From the NCBI RefSeq assembly GCF_006345805.1, contig NW_021829055.1:1-6962 (forward strand): a stretch of 6,962 nt of DNA, written 5' to 3'. Origin of the DNA: Octopus sinensis. Its lineage: Eukaryota. The number at the start of each line of letters is the position of its first letter. Within the stretch, counting starts at the first letter, position 1. The notes beneath the pieces are model-generated. The model did no database searches, had not been told where the DNA came from, and was given only the letters and a program-made list of their open reading frames with translations. The translations under genes were made by a program, and so were the position numbers. Below are positions 6,762 to 6,962 of this stretch, one piece after another.

Positions 6762-6962
6762 ATCTTTTCTACTATAGGCACAAGGCCTGGAATTTTGGGT
6801 AGGGAGAGTAGTCGATCATATCGGCTCCAGTACTTGACTGGTACTTAATTTATCGACTCCGAAAGGATGAAAGGCAAAGTCGTCCTCAGCGGAATTTGAA
6901 CTCAGATCGGAGCGATGGCCGAAATACTGCTAAACATTTCGTTCAACGTGCTAACGATTCTA
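6762..6962 (-). mobile_element. SINE-A copy 5 (tail A), runs to the window edge
   Basis: Aligns over its full length to copies 1 and 4; shares the (AAT)n tract with the R4/Dong end. Confidence 0.9.

Noticed and set aside
6741-6772. AGTAGAA/TTCTACT inverted match between the Dong end and SINE tail A, hinting at a Dong-SINE partnership
   Set aside because: Only 7 nt, and the terminal repeats have opposite polarity ((AAT)n versus (ATT)n on the sense strands).
4740-6900. Recurring ~40-nt module that could look like CRISPR repeats
   Set aside because: Spacing is irregular (hundreds of bp), and homology extends about 200 bp around each copy with Pol III boxes. These are SINE copies in eukaryotic DNA.

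Overview
AT-rich eukaryotic non-coding DNA. The microsatellite load and SINE/LINE families match what I recall from octopus (coleoid cephalopod) genomes; this organism call is inference. No supplied ORF is a credible intact gene. Positions 1-3900 hold one tRNA/CORE-type SINE and large (CA)n, (TA)n, (TG)n and degenerate (ACC)n tracts. Positions 4020-6962 are a dense retroelement cluster: the 3' end of an L1/Tx1-like LINE, five same-strand copies plus one fragment of a tRNA-headed SINE, three short unclassified repeat fragments, and the 3' end of an R4/Dong-like RLE retrotransposon ending in (TAA)n. The best observation is that one SINE copy has a different 3' tail that matches the extreme 3' end of the neighbouring LINE (37/44 nt). 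This suggests a SINE-LINE partnership with tail swapping. Small phase-compatible + strand exon candidates in the unique islands suggest the window is intronic to an unidentified gene (low confidence).
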